Assembly (NCBI RefSeq): GCF_006345805.1
Contig: NW_021834159.1
Location: forward strand, 1-50,931
Direction: 5' to 3'
Source: Octopus sinensis
Lineage: Eukaryota
Length of the DNA: 50,931 nt
The first letter of the stretch is position 1. Each line of letters opens with the position of its first letter. The notes beneath the pieces were generated by a model. The model did no database searches. It was not told the origin of the DNA and saw only the letters and a list, made by a program, of their open reading frames with translations. The position numbers and the translations under genes are program-made. Positions 21,652 to 33,882 of this stretch are shown here, one piece after another.

Positions 21652-22145
21652 CATCAGTCGTAAAAACCATTCCAAAACAGACCTTACCAGTGCTGGTGTC
21701 ACATCAAAAGCAACCAGCCCAATCTGTAAAATGGTTGGCATTACAAAGGGCATCCAGTTGTAAAAACCACGGCAGAACAGACCTCAGTAGTGCTGTTGTC
21801 ACATGTAAAAACACCCAGTCCAGTTTGTAAAGTGGTTGGAATTAGGAAGGGCATCCAGCCTTAAAAAAACTATGCTAGAACAGGCCTCACCAGTGCTGGT
21901 ACCACGTTAAAAGTACCTAGTCCATTCTGTAAAGGGGTGGGTATTAGTAAGGGCATTCAGCTGTAAAAATCATGCCAAGACAGACAGTGGAGCTTGGTGC
22001 AGTCCTCTGGTTTGCCAGCTCCTGTCAAGCCATTCATTCCATGCCAGCATGGAAAACAGATGTTAACTGATGATGATAATGATGATGATGACAATAATGC
22101 TGATGATGGTGATGGTGGTGGTGATGATGATGATGATGATGATGA
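21652..22145 (+). mobile_element. Retroposon tail preceded by three about 101-bp tandem modules, ending in (GAT)n
   Basis: catccag/cattcag...taaaaa anchors at about 21652, 21751, 21852 and 21954; terminal ccatgccagcatggaaaacagatgttaac followed by (gat)n. Confidence 0.75.
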
Positions 22146-23266
22146 CAAATCTATGCCAGACATACACTACTACTTCATAGACTACATATACACTATATTT
22201 TCACCTAGTCTATTCCTAACACACACTATTCCTTCACAGTTTATAAACACCTTATATTTTAATCATCTACTAACAGCCTCTCTTTCTTCATAGTCTACAT
22301 ACACACTATATTTTCTTGTAATCAACAAGCACACTATATTTCTAGATAGTCTCCATGCTCTATATTATTTTCATAAGTTACTTACAAATACACTTTAGTT
22401 CTCAGTCTGTGTACACACTATATTTTTTTCAAAATCTACAGACACCATTTATTTCACATTTCTCATACGCACTGTATTTTCTCATTCAGGCATCACCAAC
22501 TCAGTATTTCAATGCATTCTCATATCAGGCTAAATATCTTTTACATTTTGATTTCACAATATGTCATCCAGCTTAACACAGCCATTTTACTATTGGATGT
22601 CTTTTATTAGAGTCAACCTTTTTACAAGACTGGGTTAGTTGTCTGCAGATAATTTCCTCCAAACTGTTACAAGGGCCCTGAAAAATTGCAAAGAATTTCC
22701 CCCAAATACACATGCACAAAGACACAATGGTCTTCAAAAAAAAAAAAAAAAAGGCAATAATGATTAGCATTCAAAAAGCTAGAAATAGCAGCTAACGTTC
22801 TCTCTCTTTTGAACCACAAATCTTAGATAAAGAAAGGACACATTGGATAATAGTAATCCTAGAGATTACTTACAAAGCAAGATGGTCATAGCTGGAGTAC
22901 CTTTGATCATGGTTGAACAGGGGCTACATAAGAGCGGCAACAACTCAAAAGACTTACACATATTGGAGTCATCTAATTAATTTCTTATCAAAATATCACT
23001 TAATCACAAAGATTTTACCCATATTCTAATATACACTCTCCTCAAATCTTGAGTGCAGCAACATTCACTAAATTACCTAACAAAAATCATATAATAACAC
23101 TTCTAGACATATAAGAAGACTTCTAATTATATTAAATGAATGTCATATACTCAAGTTCTAAATGAAAGTCAGTTGTTGATTAGCCACAGGCCATCGTTGA
23201 TTGAACAGATCTGTTATCAAATAGAGCAACTGATTGCTAGAAATATTAAAGCATAGGACAAATATG

Positions 23267-23424
23267 TTTCTTTATTACCCATAAGGGCCTAAACACAGAG
23301 GGGACAAACAAGGACAGACAAACAAATTAAGTCGATTACATCGACCCCCAGTGCGTAACTGGTACTTAATTTATCGACCTCGAAAGGATGAAAGGCAAAG
23401 TCGACCTCAGCGGAATTTGAACCC
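23267..23424 (-). mobile_element. Family B SINE, 5' truncated
   Basis: tttctttattaccc...ggatgaaaggcaaagtcgacctc. Confidence 0.85.
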
Positions 23425-23656
23425 ATAGGATAAATAAATAGCTTGTGGTACTTGTTCTGGTTCTTTATGTTTCGAGTTCAAATCCTGCCAAGGTTAGCTT
23501 TGCCTTTCATTCTTCTGAGGCTGTTAAAATCCTTTATACCCTAGGTACAAGGCCTGAAATTTTGTACAAGAGAACTGGTTGGTTGCATGGACCCCAGTGC
23601 TGGACTGGTTTTTATTTTATCAACCTTGGAAAGATAAAAGGTGACGTTGACCTCTA

Positions 23657-23946
23657 TGGTTCAGTCCCACTGCGTGGCACCTTGGGCAAGTGTATTCTAC
23701 TATAGCCTCAGGCCTACTAAAGCCTTGTGAGTGGATTTAGTAGAAGGAAACTGAAAGAAGCCTGTCGTATATATGTATATGTATGTGTGTGTGTGTGTTT
23801 GTCCCCCCCAACATCGTTTGACAACCGATGCTGGTGTGTTTACGTCCCCATAACTTAGTGGTAGAATAAGCACTAGGCTTACAAAGAATAAATCCTGGGG
23901 TGCTCCAGCATGGCCGCAGTCAAATGACTGAAACAAGTAAAAGAGT
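23657..23946 (+). mobile_element. Family D SINE, 5' truncated
   Basis: tggttcagtcccactgcgtggc...gactgaaacaagtaaaagagt. Confidence 0.85.
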
Positions 23947-24559
23947 ATTAGTCAAGAACTGGATCTCTCTCTCTCTCTAGCTCTCTTGAATCTGTTGTGC
24001 TGTGACAACAACTTGGGTGGAAATAGGGGACGACACATTGTATCCTTTTCTTCCTAGATAATTCCTTTCACTCTATTGCAGTTGGAAAATGTGGTCCCTG
24101 AGATTCGGGAATAGTATGGATTCTGATAACATGCTGATGCAGGTTAAATACCTTCCAACAATGATGACCTAGTCTTGTGCATTCATCTATAGAACTATTT
24201 TATCCATGGTGTTCTTCCATGTTTAAAGACAATAGTGTGTGATTTGGCAGACATTTGGCTGCTATTTTTAGCAGGTCGTCTAGCTATGTAGTGATTCCAC
24301 CTCGTCATCATTAAGGTGTTTTTTCCCCTCTTAGACTCTTTCAGACTACTACTACTACTACTACTGATCCTGCTGCTGCTGCTGCTGCTATATTTTCATC
24401 ATAGGATGATTCATTGCCGAATACCTATAAGGTCTCTTCCAACCCTTCTCCATCAAGAACTCTCTTGGCTGTTTTAATCATGCTGAGCTTAGCTGGTGGT
24501 ACTTAGTGCTGTAAATCCCTTACAGAGCCATTAGCTCAACACTTAAAGACCCTCATCAG

Positions 24560-24872
24560 TCATGAATGACCATGGAATTGCACCTACAAAGTCCCTCTCT
24601 GAGGTACAAGTCCAGAGAAATTTGTTTATAGGAGCCCAGCAGTTGCCATGCTCCCCTCTCCATGTCAATGATGTTATCCAAGGGAAAGCAAAGGCTATTT
24701 ATTACAGCTTGGCACTAGTGACATTTTAACTCATTTCTTCAATTGAGTGAACTGGAGCAACATGAAATGAAGTGTCTTGCTCAAGAACACAACACACAGC
24801 CTGGTCCGGGAATCGAACTCACTACCACCCGATTGTGAGCTTGGTGCTCTAACCATTGAGCCGTGTACCTTC
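24560..24872 (-). mobile_element. Family C variant SINE (alternative tail)
   Basis: Reverse-complement homolog of 5000-5262, here with the head ggaatcgaactc...ctctaaccattgagcc. Confidence 0.75.
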
Positions 24873-25390
24873 ACCTCAACACTTACAGAAGTAGAAGGTA
24901 ACTTACAAAACAAGTTGACCCGAAGGGGTTCTTGATGGCTTCTCAACAGCTCACGGAAGTACTTGAACATAGCCATATAAACTCACTAAAACCTGACAAT
25001 TGTGCACTATTTTGCTCCTGGTTATAGCAATGAATTACTCGACTTTGAAAACAAACACCAAGGGAATAAAGGTGCTCCTGAGTAGCCACTCGATCTGCAA
25101 CAAATAACAGTCAAACTTCCCTCAAATGACACTTTACTGTCTTAAAAAGAAAATGGACATGCTGAATAATGTGGGTCCTCTGCAGATAAAAAAAAAAGAT
25201 GGGATGGTCACTTTTTATCATAGGTGTTCTCGATGAGGGTTGGACTAAGGTTAACAACGAGAATGACTACAACAAACACTATGGTGGGTCCCTAGGTAGT
25301 CGCTTGTCTTCCTAGAAATAGGTACCAAATCTTACTCATACCACACTCTACTGTCTTATAATTGGGATATCTCTACATATTGTGCTAACG

Positions 25391-25397
<7 letters not shown>

Positions 25398-25450
<53 letters not shown>

Positions 25451-25647
25451 TTGTTTGTCTGTGCGTGTCCCCACCAACATCGCTTGACAACCGATGTTGG
25501 TATGTTTACGTACCCGTAACTTAGCGGTTCAACAAAAGAGACCGATAGAATAAGTACTAGGCTTACAAAGAATAAGTCCTGGGATCGACTTGCTCGACTA
25601 AAGGTGGTGATCCAGTATGGCCGCAGTCAACTGACTGAAACAAGTCA
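25398..25647 (+). mobile_element. (TG)n tract plus family D SINE 3' half
   Basis: cttgacaaccgatg...ttagcggttc...ctgactgaaacaag. Confidence 0.82.
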
Positions 25648-26063
25648 ATATATATATATATAATGAAGAAATAAGTGATATAGGTATCCACTTTATACAG
25701 CTCAACCAATTAGCACACTGAAAGTACTTCGGGAATATAAAATTAAGGAGAAGAGAAAACAATTCAAAGGCCGATGTATATATTCATTCAATCCATATTA
25801 ACGAAATTCTCCATGGTATACAATATACATACATAGATGCATTCATCTATATGATATATAAAAAAAAATTCTAAGGATTTATAAATACATAGATATTATC
25901 GAAAATTTATAAATATATAAAAATTCATAGGCATATAAAAATTTACAAACGCATAAAAATTCATAAATATAAATATATAAAAGTTTAAGTCCATAAAGGT
26001 ACTTGTGAAATCCGAATGAAGAGGATGATAAAGCGGATGTAAAATAATTCATAAGGAGTCTGG

Positions 26064-26066
<3 letters not shown>

Positions 26067-26156
<90 letters not shown>

Positions 26157-26312
26157 CGACGGGCTTCCACACAGTTTCTACCTTGCAAATAGACTAACAA
26201 AGTATTGGTCGGCCCGGGATTATAGTAGAAGTCATTTGCTAGAGGTGCCGCAAAGAGGGACTGAACCCAAAACCGAATGGTTGCAAAACGAGCTTCTTTA
26301 CCACACAGCTAT
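26067..26312 (-). mobile_element. (TA)n tract plus family D SINE head
   Basis: TA run 26067-26156, then cgacgggcttcc...gggactgaaccc...ttaccacacagc. Confidence 0.75.
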
Positions 26313-26654
26313 GTTTGCAAATCAACGACGACGATGACGACGATGAACTACTTAGATCTTGATGGTCTCAGCTGTCTTGTTAGTGATAGGGTCCTGAGAT
26401 ACCATTGATCTAGCTCGTTGCTTGATACTACGTCAATACGGACATCTGCTTTTGCCCAATATATAACCACGCCTTTCTGTGGAGGACGCTTACGATAAGC
26501 TGATGCTGTATCTAGGATTACACAGTTTCAATTTCTATTTAGTCTTGCCAAATGACAACAACAATAATGATAACAACAACAAAAACAACAATAATTGTTT
26601 CAGATTTTGGCACAAGGTCAGCAACTTCGGGGTAGGAAGTATGTCGATAACATT

Positions 26655-26915
26655 GATGATGATGACGATGATGACGATGATGATGATGATGATGATGACG
26701 ATGACGATGACGATGATGATGACGATGATGATGACGATGATGACGATGATGATGACGATGACGATGATGATGATGACGATGATGATGAGGATGATGATGA
26801 CGATGACGATGATGACGATGATGATGATGATGATGACGATGATGATGACGATGACGATGATGATGACGATGACGATGACGATGATGATGATGATGATGAC
26901 GACGACGACGACGAC
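26655..26915. repeat. (GAT/GAC)87 trinucleotide repeat
   Basis: 261 bp of uninterrupted GAN triplets (GAT/GAC with one GAG); generates the poly-D/M/S/H/I ORFs of the track. Confidence 0.95.
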
Positions 26916-27284
26916 GCACTCAGAGAGCGCAAACATCCGCCAAGGCAATACCAATGTCCTCTCAACGATTAGCTGGAAGTGATTTTTAAAATGAGAACAT
27001 CTAAAATAAACTCAACTGCTCTTGCAAATCAGAATACTAAAAATGAATCCGACCGCTTTCAAAAATTAAGTTAAAAAAATCAGAAAATAATTCGGAACCC
27101 TTGTTTGGTACTGGATCGATCACAAAATCTAATCAGTTCGTGTCAGTCACAAGGCCAAACATCCCTTAAAGTTTCATCCGAATCCATCCAGCGGTTCTTG
27201 AGATATCTTGTCCACAGACAAACTAACCAACCAACAAACAAACAAATGCGACTGAAACAATACCTCCATCTTAGCGAAGGCGGA

Positions 27285-27289
<5 letters not shown>
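26916..27289 (+). mobile_element. Helentron-associated (HINE/DINE-like) non-autonomous element
   Basis: 5' gcactcagagagcgcaaacatccgccaagg sub-TIR, (caaa)n near the 3' end, terminal hairpin acctcc 27262-27267 / ggaggt 27282-27287. Class assignment is from architecture. Confidence 0.65.
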
Positions 27290-27336
<47 letters not shown>

Positions 27337-27371
27337 TAATAATGATAATAATAATAAATACCATAATGCAA

Positions 27372-27906
27372 TACCAGCCAGTGGCTCTCATTGCTTCTGA
27401 TCTTAACTGATTGGAAGTGTTATCATGTACATTGTTTTGTCTTGGTGTAAAAGATGGGCTACAGAAAATATTCTGCTCAAAACCAGGGATTTGCTTGTCA
27501 GTTGCTTGACCTTAACCAGTTGAGCATGTCCCGTGGTGGCTGACGGTATGTTCATCTCTGATTACGAGCAGAAGTAGGAGGGTGCATCATAGCCATGTGT
27601 TGTAAGGAATTCTAGGGGTTTGAATAATTCACCTCTGGAAACATGGGTGCTTTGTTCAACAGCCTTAAACAACCCTTATTCAGGGACCTTTTGAGCGGGA
27701 TGGGCAACTCAACCTGAAGAAAATTGTAACTGGGCCCCACCTGTTTATCTTGGTATGAGATCACCATGTGGTTGTGATGCATGTGCCTGGTGTGCCCTTA
27801 TCAGGCGGATAGTCATGATGGGTATACTGGGCTTCGTATAATTGTACTCCAGGGTCACTTTGATGGCATGCAGTGCTCTCTCACTCAATAATAATAATAA
27901 TAATAA
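27372..27906 (+). mobile_element. Probable LINE 3' UTR fragment ending in (AAT)n (Dong/R4-like)
   Basis: Non-coding segment ending ...gctctctcactc(aat)n, bounded by AAT arrays on both sides. Family call is from recollection and from the known TAA-repeat preference of Dong. Confidence 0.45.
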
Positions 27907-28121
27907 TGTTTCAAAGTTTGCCACAAGGACAGCAATTTTAGAAGATGGGATGAGTGGATTACAGCGACCCCAATGTTCAACTGGTACTTATTTTATCGAC
28001 TCTGAAAGCATGATAGGTAAAGGCGACCTCGGCGGAATTTGAACTCAGAACGTAGCCACGGGCGAAATACTGCTAAGCATTTCGTCCCGCGTCCTATCGA
28101 TTCTGCCAGTTCGCCGCCTTC
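27907..28121 (-). mobile_element. Family B SINE (alternative tail) embedded in (AAT)n
   Basis: tttcaaagtttgccacaagg...ctgccagttcgccgcc, flanked by AAT runs at 27889-27906 and 28122-28187. Confidence 0.88.
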
Positions 28122-28957
28122 AATAATAATAATAATAATAATATAATAATAATAATAATAATAATATAATAATAATAATAATAAATAAGGGTCTATGAGC
28201 ATTTCAGAATCTCATTAATGCTTTTGAAGTCAATGAGAAGAAAATGTTATTTTTTTTTTTTTGTATATTTGCTTCTCTTTCTTTCGTTCCTTCTGTCAGA
28301 GGTCATGCCACTCTCAATAAGATCTCTTTTTTTCCTATGGCCATTTTCCCGAGCAACATGTCTAACGTAACTCAGTTTTTCTTCCGCCAATAAATACTAT
28401 GCAGAAGTATTGTAGTTGTGCCAAATTTGTTCAGTATCCATTCGGTCATTGTTTTTTTTTTCTTTCTCCATAATTTACTCAAAGAAGACATTAGTGGCAC
28501 ATCATAGCCCCAAAATGCTTAAATTCTTCTTTTGCCATCTAACACCTTCATCATATAGCATTCAGATCTGCACAAGTGGTGATAGGAGACAGACAAAACA
28601 CCAGTTTTAAGTACTATATTTTTATGTCTTAATGGCGTCAGTTAAGTTTATTACAGTTGTCACGTAACAGGTTTATTTACCTAAATGGCTAGAGAATGAA
28701 AAGTACGTACCTGTATGGCGAACTAAGTTCTATGTGATGCCAGTGATATTTTTGTGAATGTAAGCTGCTCTCTTTCTTCCCAGCTCAAAAAAAAAAAAGA
28801 TAGAGTGAAAAATTTGAATAATTACATAAAATGACGATGTTTTAGTAAGCGGGTGTTTAAATAACTCAAAAACCCAACAAAGAATTTCTTATAATGAACG
28901 ATGTTTCTAAATTTTCTTTTCTGCATTTCTAAAAATCATTCATGATGTATAATAATG

Positions 28958-29600
28958 GTTTCAAATTTTTAGTGCAAGGCCAACAATTTCGGGAGAGGGG
29001 CTGAGTCGATTACATCGACCCTAGCGCTGAACTGGTACTTATTTTATCGACCTTGAAAGGATAAAAGGCAAAGCCGACCTTGGCGAAATTTGAACCCAGG
29101 ACGTAAGGACAAATGAAGTGCCGCTAAACAGTTTGCCCGGTGCGCTAACGACTCTACCAGTTCGCAGCCTTAGCCATAATAAGTTTCAAATATTTGGCAC
29201 AAGGGCAGCAATTTCGGGAGAGGGGGCTAGTCAATTACTTCGATCCCAGTACTTATTTATCGATCTCGAAAGGATGAAAGGCAAAGTCGACCTCGGCTGA
29301 ATTTGAACCCAGGACGTAAGGACAAATGAAGTGCCGCTAAACAGTTTGCCCGGTGCGCTAACGACTCTACCAGTTCGCAGCCTTAGCCATAATAAGTTTC
29401 AAATATTTGGCACAAGGGCAGCAATTTCGGGAGAGGGGGCTAATCAATTACATCGATCCCAGTACTTATTTATCGATCTCGAAAGGATGAGAGGCAAAGT
29501 CGAGCTCGGCTGAATTTGAACTCAGAACGTAAAGACAGACGAAAAGATGCTAAGCACTTGACCCGGCGTGCTAGCGATTTTGCGACATCATCTGCCTTCT
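28958..29600 (-). mobile_element. Three head-to-tail family B SINE units including a recent 213-bp tandem duplication
   Basis: 29087-29299 versus 29300-29512 differ at four positions by my count. Confidence 0.88.
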
Positions 29601-29904
29601 TCACGATGTAATAATAATTTATTTTTATTTCTTGTATTAGTTTCTGTTGGTCTATGGGTGTATAAAATTATTGTTTCAGCTGTGCAGAAAATACGATTTT
29701 CTTGTAACGGGTATGTAGAATTAGCAATGAGATGTTGGCGTATAATGGTTATTACCGCAGGGTATGGTTCGCCGATATAATTATAAATACACAATACTAA
29801 GGTTATCTTTTAAAAAATATATAACAAGATCTATTATTAGGCTTGAACACAAATTACGAACCGTTTATAACATTATCTACTAGAAAGTAATTATTATAAA
29901 TTTC

Positions 29905-30066
29905 GAGCGCAGGAGTGGCTGCGTGGCTAAGTTAGTTTTCCAGCCAAAGGGTTTCGGGTTCAGTTTCACTGCGTGGCATCTTCGGTAAGTGTCTTCTACT
30001 AGAGCCCCGAGCTGACCTAAGTCTTGTGAGTGGATTTGGTTGACGGAAACTGGAAGAAGCTTGTCT

Positions 30067-30125
<59 letters not shown>
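29905..30125 (+). mobile_element. Family D SINE head plus (TA)n
   Basis: gagcgcaggagtggctgcgtgg...gacggaaactggaagaagc. Confidence 0.82.
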
Positions 30126-30127
<2 letters not shown>

Positions 30128-30825
30128 ATGAATAGCTTTGCGTAAACCATGGTCCGTTTTGTTCTCTTACTTTATTATCATCTTATAATCATCTCTTAAT
30201 AATGACTTTTATGACTCGTATTATTACCTCAGTCAATCTAAATGTATATATTTGTCGTTACCTGTCATAAATAGCCTTTTTTTTTTAAATTTGCAGTGTG
30301 TATTTTCGTTGATTTTTCATATTTTACCCTTACATTTCCACGTGTATTTTATATTTTCTTTTTGTAACATATTTCTACTATATATATATAATTAATGTAT
30401 GTATGTGTGTGTTACTTTGTCTTGCCATCGCGTAAATACGTGCAATATATTTCCAATATTATGTGAAAGCATGTTTAGCCACGGGGTTATATTATATTGC
30501 TTGGAAACGGGGAAGAGTTGGCGACAGGAAGGGCATCCAGTCGCAAAGAAATCTGCCTCTACAAATTCCGTTTGACCCATTTGCAAGCAAGAAAAAAATG
30601 ACGTCGACGATGACAATGGTGATGATTTACCTTATTTGGTAGGTCTGTAATTCTCAACTACCAAACGTTCCATTGCTTGAGGTGATCATACCGTAGTATT
30701 ACAATATTTCATTTCCACTAGGTGTTTGCATTTCATATCAATCGAAATAAAATGGTCTGAATCAGGAACCGAAATCACGTCTATGCCTCCCTGTATGGCA
30801 TTTATCTGCCTCTAAGAGTAAAACG

Positions 30826-31345
30826 GTGGAGGCGCGTGGCTTAGTGGTAAGGGTGTCAGCATCATGATCGTAAGATTGTGGTTTCGATTCCTGGACCGGG
30901 CGATGCGTTGTGTTCTTGAGCAAAACACTTCATTACACGTTGCTCCAGTCCACTCAGCTGGCAAAAATGAGTAATCACGCAATGGACTGGCGTCCCGTCC
31001 AGCTGGGGAACACATACGCCATTGAAACCGGGAAACCGGGTCCAAGAGCCTGGTTAGGCTTTAAAAGGGCGCATTTATTATTTGTGGAGGCACGTTGCTT
31101 AGTGGTTAGGGTGTCAGCATCATGATCGCAAGATTGTGGTTTCGATTCCTGGACCGGGCGATGCGTTGTGTTCTTGAGCAAAACACTTCATTACACGTTG
31201 CTCCAGTCCACTCGGCTGGCAAAAGTGAGTAACACTGCGATGGACTGGCGTCTCATCCAGCTGGGGAACACATACGCCATTGAAACCGGGAAACCGGGAC
31301 CATGAGCCTGGCTAGGCTTTAAAAAAGGCGCATTTATTTATTATA
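30826..31345 (+). mobile_element. Family C SINE tandem dimer with one TSD pair
   Basis: Two near-identical full monomers (second starts at about 31083); 13-bp TSD taagagtaaaacg at 30813-30825 and 31346-31358. Confidence 0.92.
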
Positions 31346-31519
31346 TAAGAGTAAAACGTTGTGTAACTCGAGTTGGTATATAGGACAAAGATATGAGTAG
31401 TAGTTTGTTTTCTACTATCCACTAACGATTATTGTTTATGAAGTTTGAAACTATTTCTTTTTCTTTTTTCCTCTCTCTCTCTCTATCACTGTACACACAC
31501 ACATACACAGTCATACACA

Positions 31520-31640
31520 CGTATGTATGTATGTATGTATGTATGTATGTATGTATGTATGTATGTATGTATGTATGTATGTATGTATGTGTGTATATAT
31601 GTATGTATGTATGTATGTTTGTTTGTATGTATGTATGTGG
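31520..31640. repeat. (TATG)n microsatellite
   Basis: Direct reading. Confidence 0.92.
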
Positions 31641-32281
31641 GGGAGTTGAAGGTGGGTATTTACGTGTGTAATACACGTTTCGTAAGACACACTAATCGTA
31701 TATTATTTAAGTGCAACTCTCTCTACCACGACGATATTGGATTTCATTACTATATATATATATATATATATATATCATACATACACACGGGCGCACCCAT
31801 ATATATATATATATACATACATTATCTATATATATATATATATATACGCACACACATATATATATACATGCATATAAATATATATGTCCACACATATAAT
31901 AATTTTTTTATCTCACACACACACACATCTATATATATATGGTGAAGACGTGTGCCCTACTAATTAATGTGTTGATCTCATAAGGTCGGGCGTTCGACTC
32001 CTGGTCTAGCTGGCGCATTGTATTCTCGAGCATGAACATTGCTTTCATTCTATTCCACCCTCTCTCTCTGTCTCTGTCTCTCTGTCTCTTCTGTGTCTGT
32101 CTGTCTCTCTGTCTCTCTCTGTGTCTGTCTGTCTGTCTCTCTCTCTATCTATCTATCTATATATATACACACATTACATACATACATACATATATATACA
32201 TATATATAATATATATTATATATATATATATATCATATATATATAATATATATATATTATATAATATATATATATACTCTC

Positions 32282-32650
32282 TCTTTTTTACTCTCTTACA
32301 TGTTTCAGTCATTTGACTGAGGCCATTCTGGAGCACCGCCTTTAGTCGAGCAAATCGACTCCAGGACTTATTCTTTGTAAGCCTAGTACTTATTCTATCG
32401 GTGTCTTTTGGCGAACCGCTAAGTTACGGTGACGTAAACACACCAGCATCGGTTGTCAAGCGATGTTGGGGGGACAAACACAGGCACACAAACATACACA
32501 CACACAGACATATATATAATCCACTCACAAGTCTTTGGTCGACTCGAGGCTATAGTAGAAGACACTTGCCGATGGTGCCACGCAGTCGGACTGAACCCGG
32601 ACCCATATGGTTCGCATATAAGCTACTTACCACACAGCCACTCCTACGCC
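32282..32650 (-). mobile_element. Family D SINE, near full length
   Basis: tgtttcagtcatttgactg...ccacacagccactcctacgcc. Confidence 0.88.
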
Positions 32651-33186
32651 TATATATATTTATATATATACATACATAAATACACACACACATATATATA
32701 ATTGTTTATATATATATATATATATATATATAATATGTAATATATATAATTTTGCCTGTGTATAAACATTGATTCTACCTATGGATATACTTTAAACTAT
32801 TTCTATAGTTAGATCATAATTTTGTCTACATGTATGCTAATACTATAAATTAAGATGAGCCGGGAAAGGGTATTTATCTGGTCACACGTCCTTCCACAAA
32901 TAGTCGCCAAATTTCCATCCAATCACACCTTATTCTCTTAAAAAAGAGACTGTGTATTGGGTATCGGTATCCCGAAGACATTTTGTTGGAGAAGAAGACA
33001 TAATCATCACAGCTGGAATGCCTTTAATTATAGGTTTAATCAACACCGCCAACAAGAAATTAAGTCAAAATTCTGCCTGTCTTAATAAAAGTAACGTGCA
33101 CTAAGTTAATTACAGCACGTATTTAATTAATAATCATCATTAATATTTCAATTCCTTAGTATAAATAAGTTAATTCGAATGATATT

Positions 33187-33657
33187 TAATCCTCAGCTTT
33201 GCAACTGTTTGGTAAAGGCATTAATTCAAGTGACTGCATTCCGTTACAATTTTCTCGTATCTTCAAGCTAAGTAAGTTATAGTGATAAACACAAGATAAT
33301 TTGAGCGATTATTTTGAAAGAAAAAAATAAAGCAGTAATAATTGCTCTCCCCCTCAGGATTAGTAGAATGAGTAAAACGAAGCTAATCCGAGTGTCATTT
33401 AATCATTAACTTAACAATTTCTCAAAGAACAGACCCTTGAGTTAATAATATAATATTGGTGTTAAACGAATTAACCCAAGTGTCGTATAAACCGTAACAC
33501 TTAAAAACCCCTTAATCTCCAAGCCAACACTTATGTTAAATGAGTTAATCCGAGTATCTTTAAATCATTGGGCTTTTCTTTTACGACCCCGACCCCAGCC
33601 AGCCCCGGCGTCAGCCTCTCATAAAGTTAGTGCATTTGAGCTGGCTGAATTTAATCC
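33187..33657. promoter_or_regulatory. Cluster of TAATCC (K50 homeodomain-type) motifs, candidate enhancer
   Basis: TAATCC at 33187, 33384, 33546 and 33652, GGATTA at 33357, TAATCT at 33513, in repeat-free DNA. Confidence 0.35.
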
Positions 33658-33882
33658 AAGAGTCATTTATATTTTAATTGGCATCTCTTCGAAATCCTAC
33701 AAACTTCTTTGGGTATCAAAATTTCTTACATAATTTAATAATGTTGACAAACAAGTGACACATAGAATGGAGTTGGTAGTTGAGTGGGGACGTGTGGCGT
33801 GTAAGTAGTATCAGTGACCAAATCTACAATATTTAGGGCATGGCAGTTGTTGATGTAGGAATAATAATAATAATAATAATAA

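Noticed and set aside
24731-24976. ORF MAMFKYFRELLRSHQEPLRVNLF with GTAAGT donors
   Set aside because: An in-frame TGA lies just upstream, there is no canonical acceptor for that frame, most of the ORF runs into a SINE, and the likeness to RhoGAP-like helices is too vague.
26479-26982. Overlapping poly-M, poly-D, poly-S, poly-H and poly-I ORFs
   Set aside because: All derive from one (GAY)n tract open in multiple frames, with no gene context.
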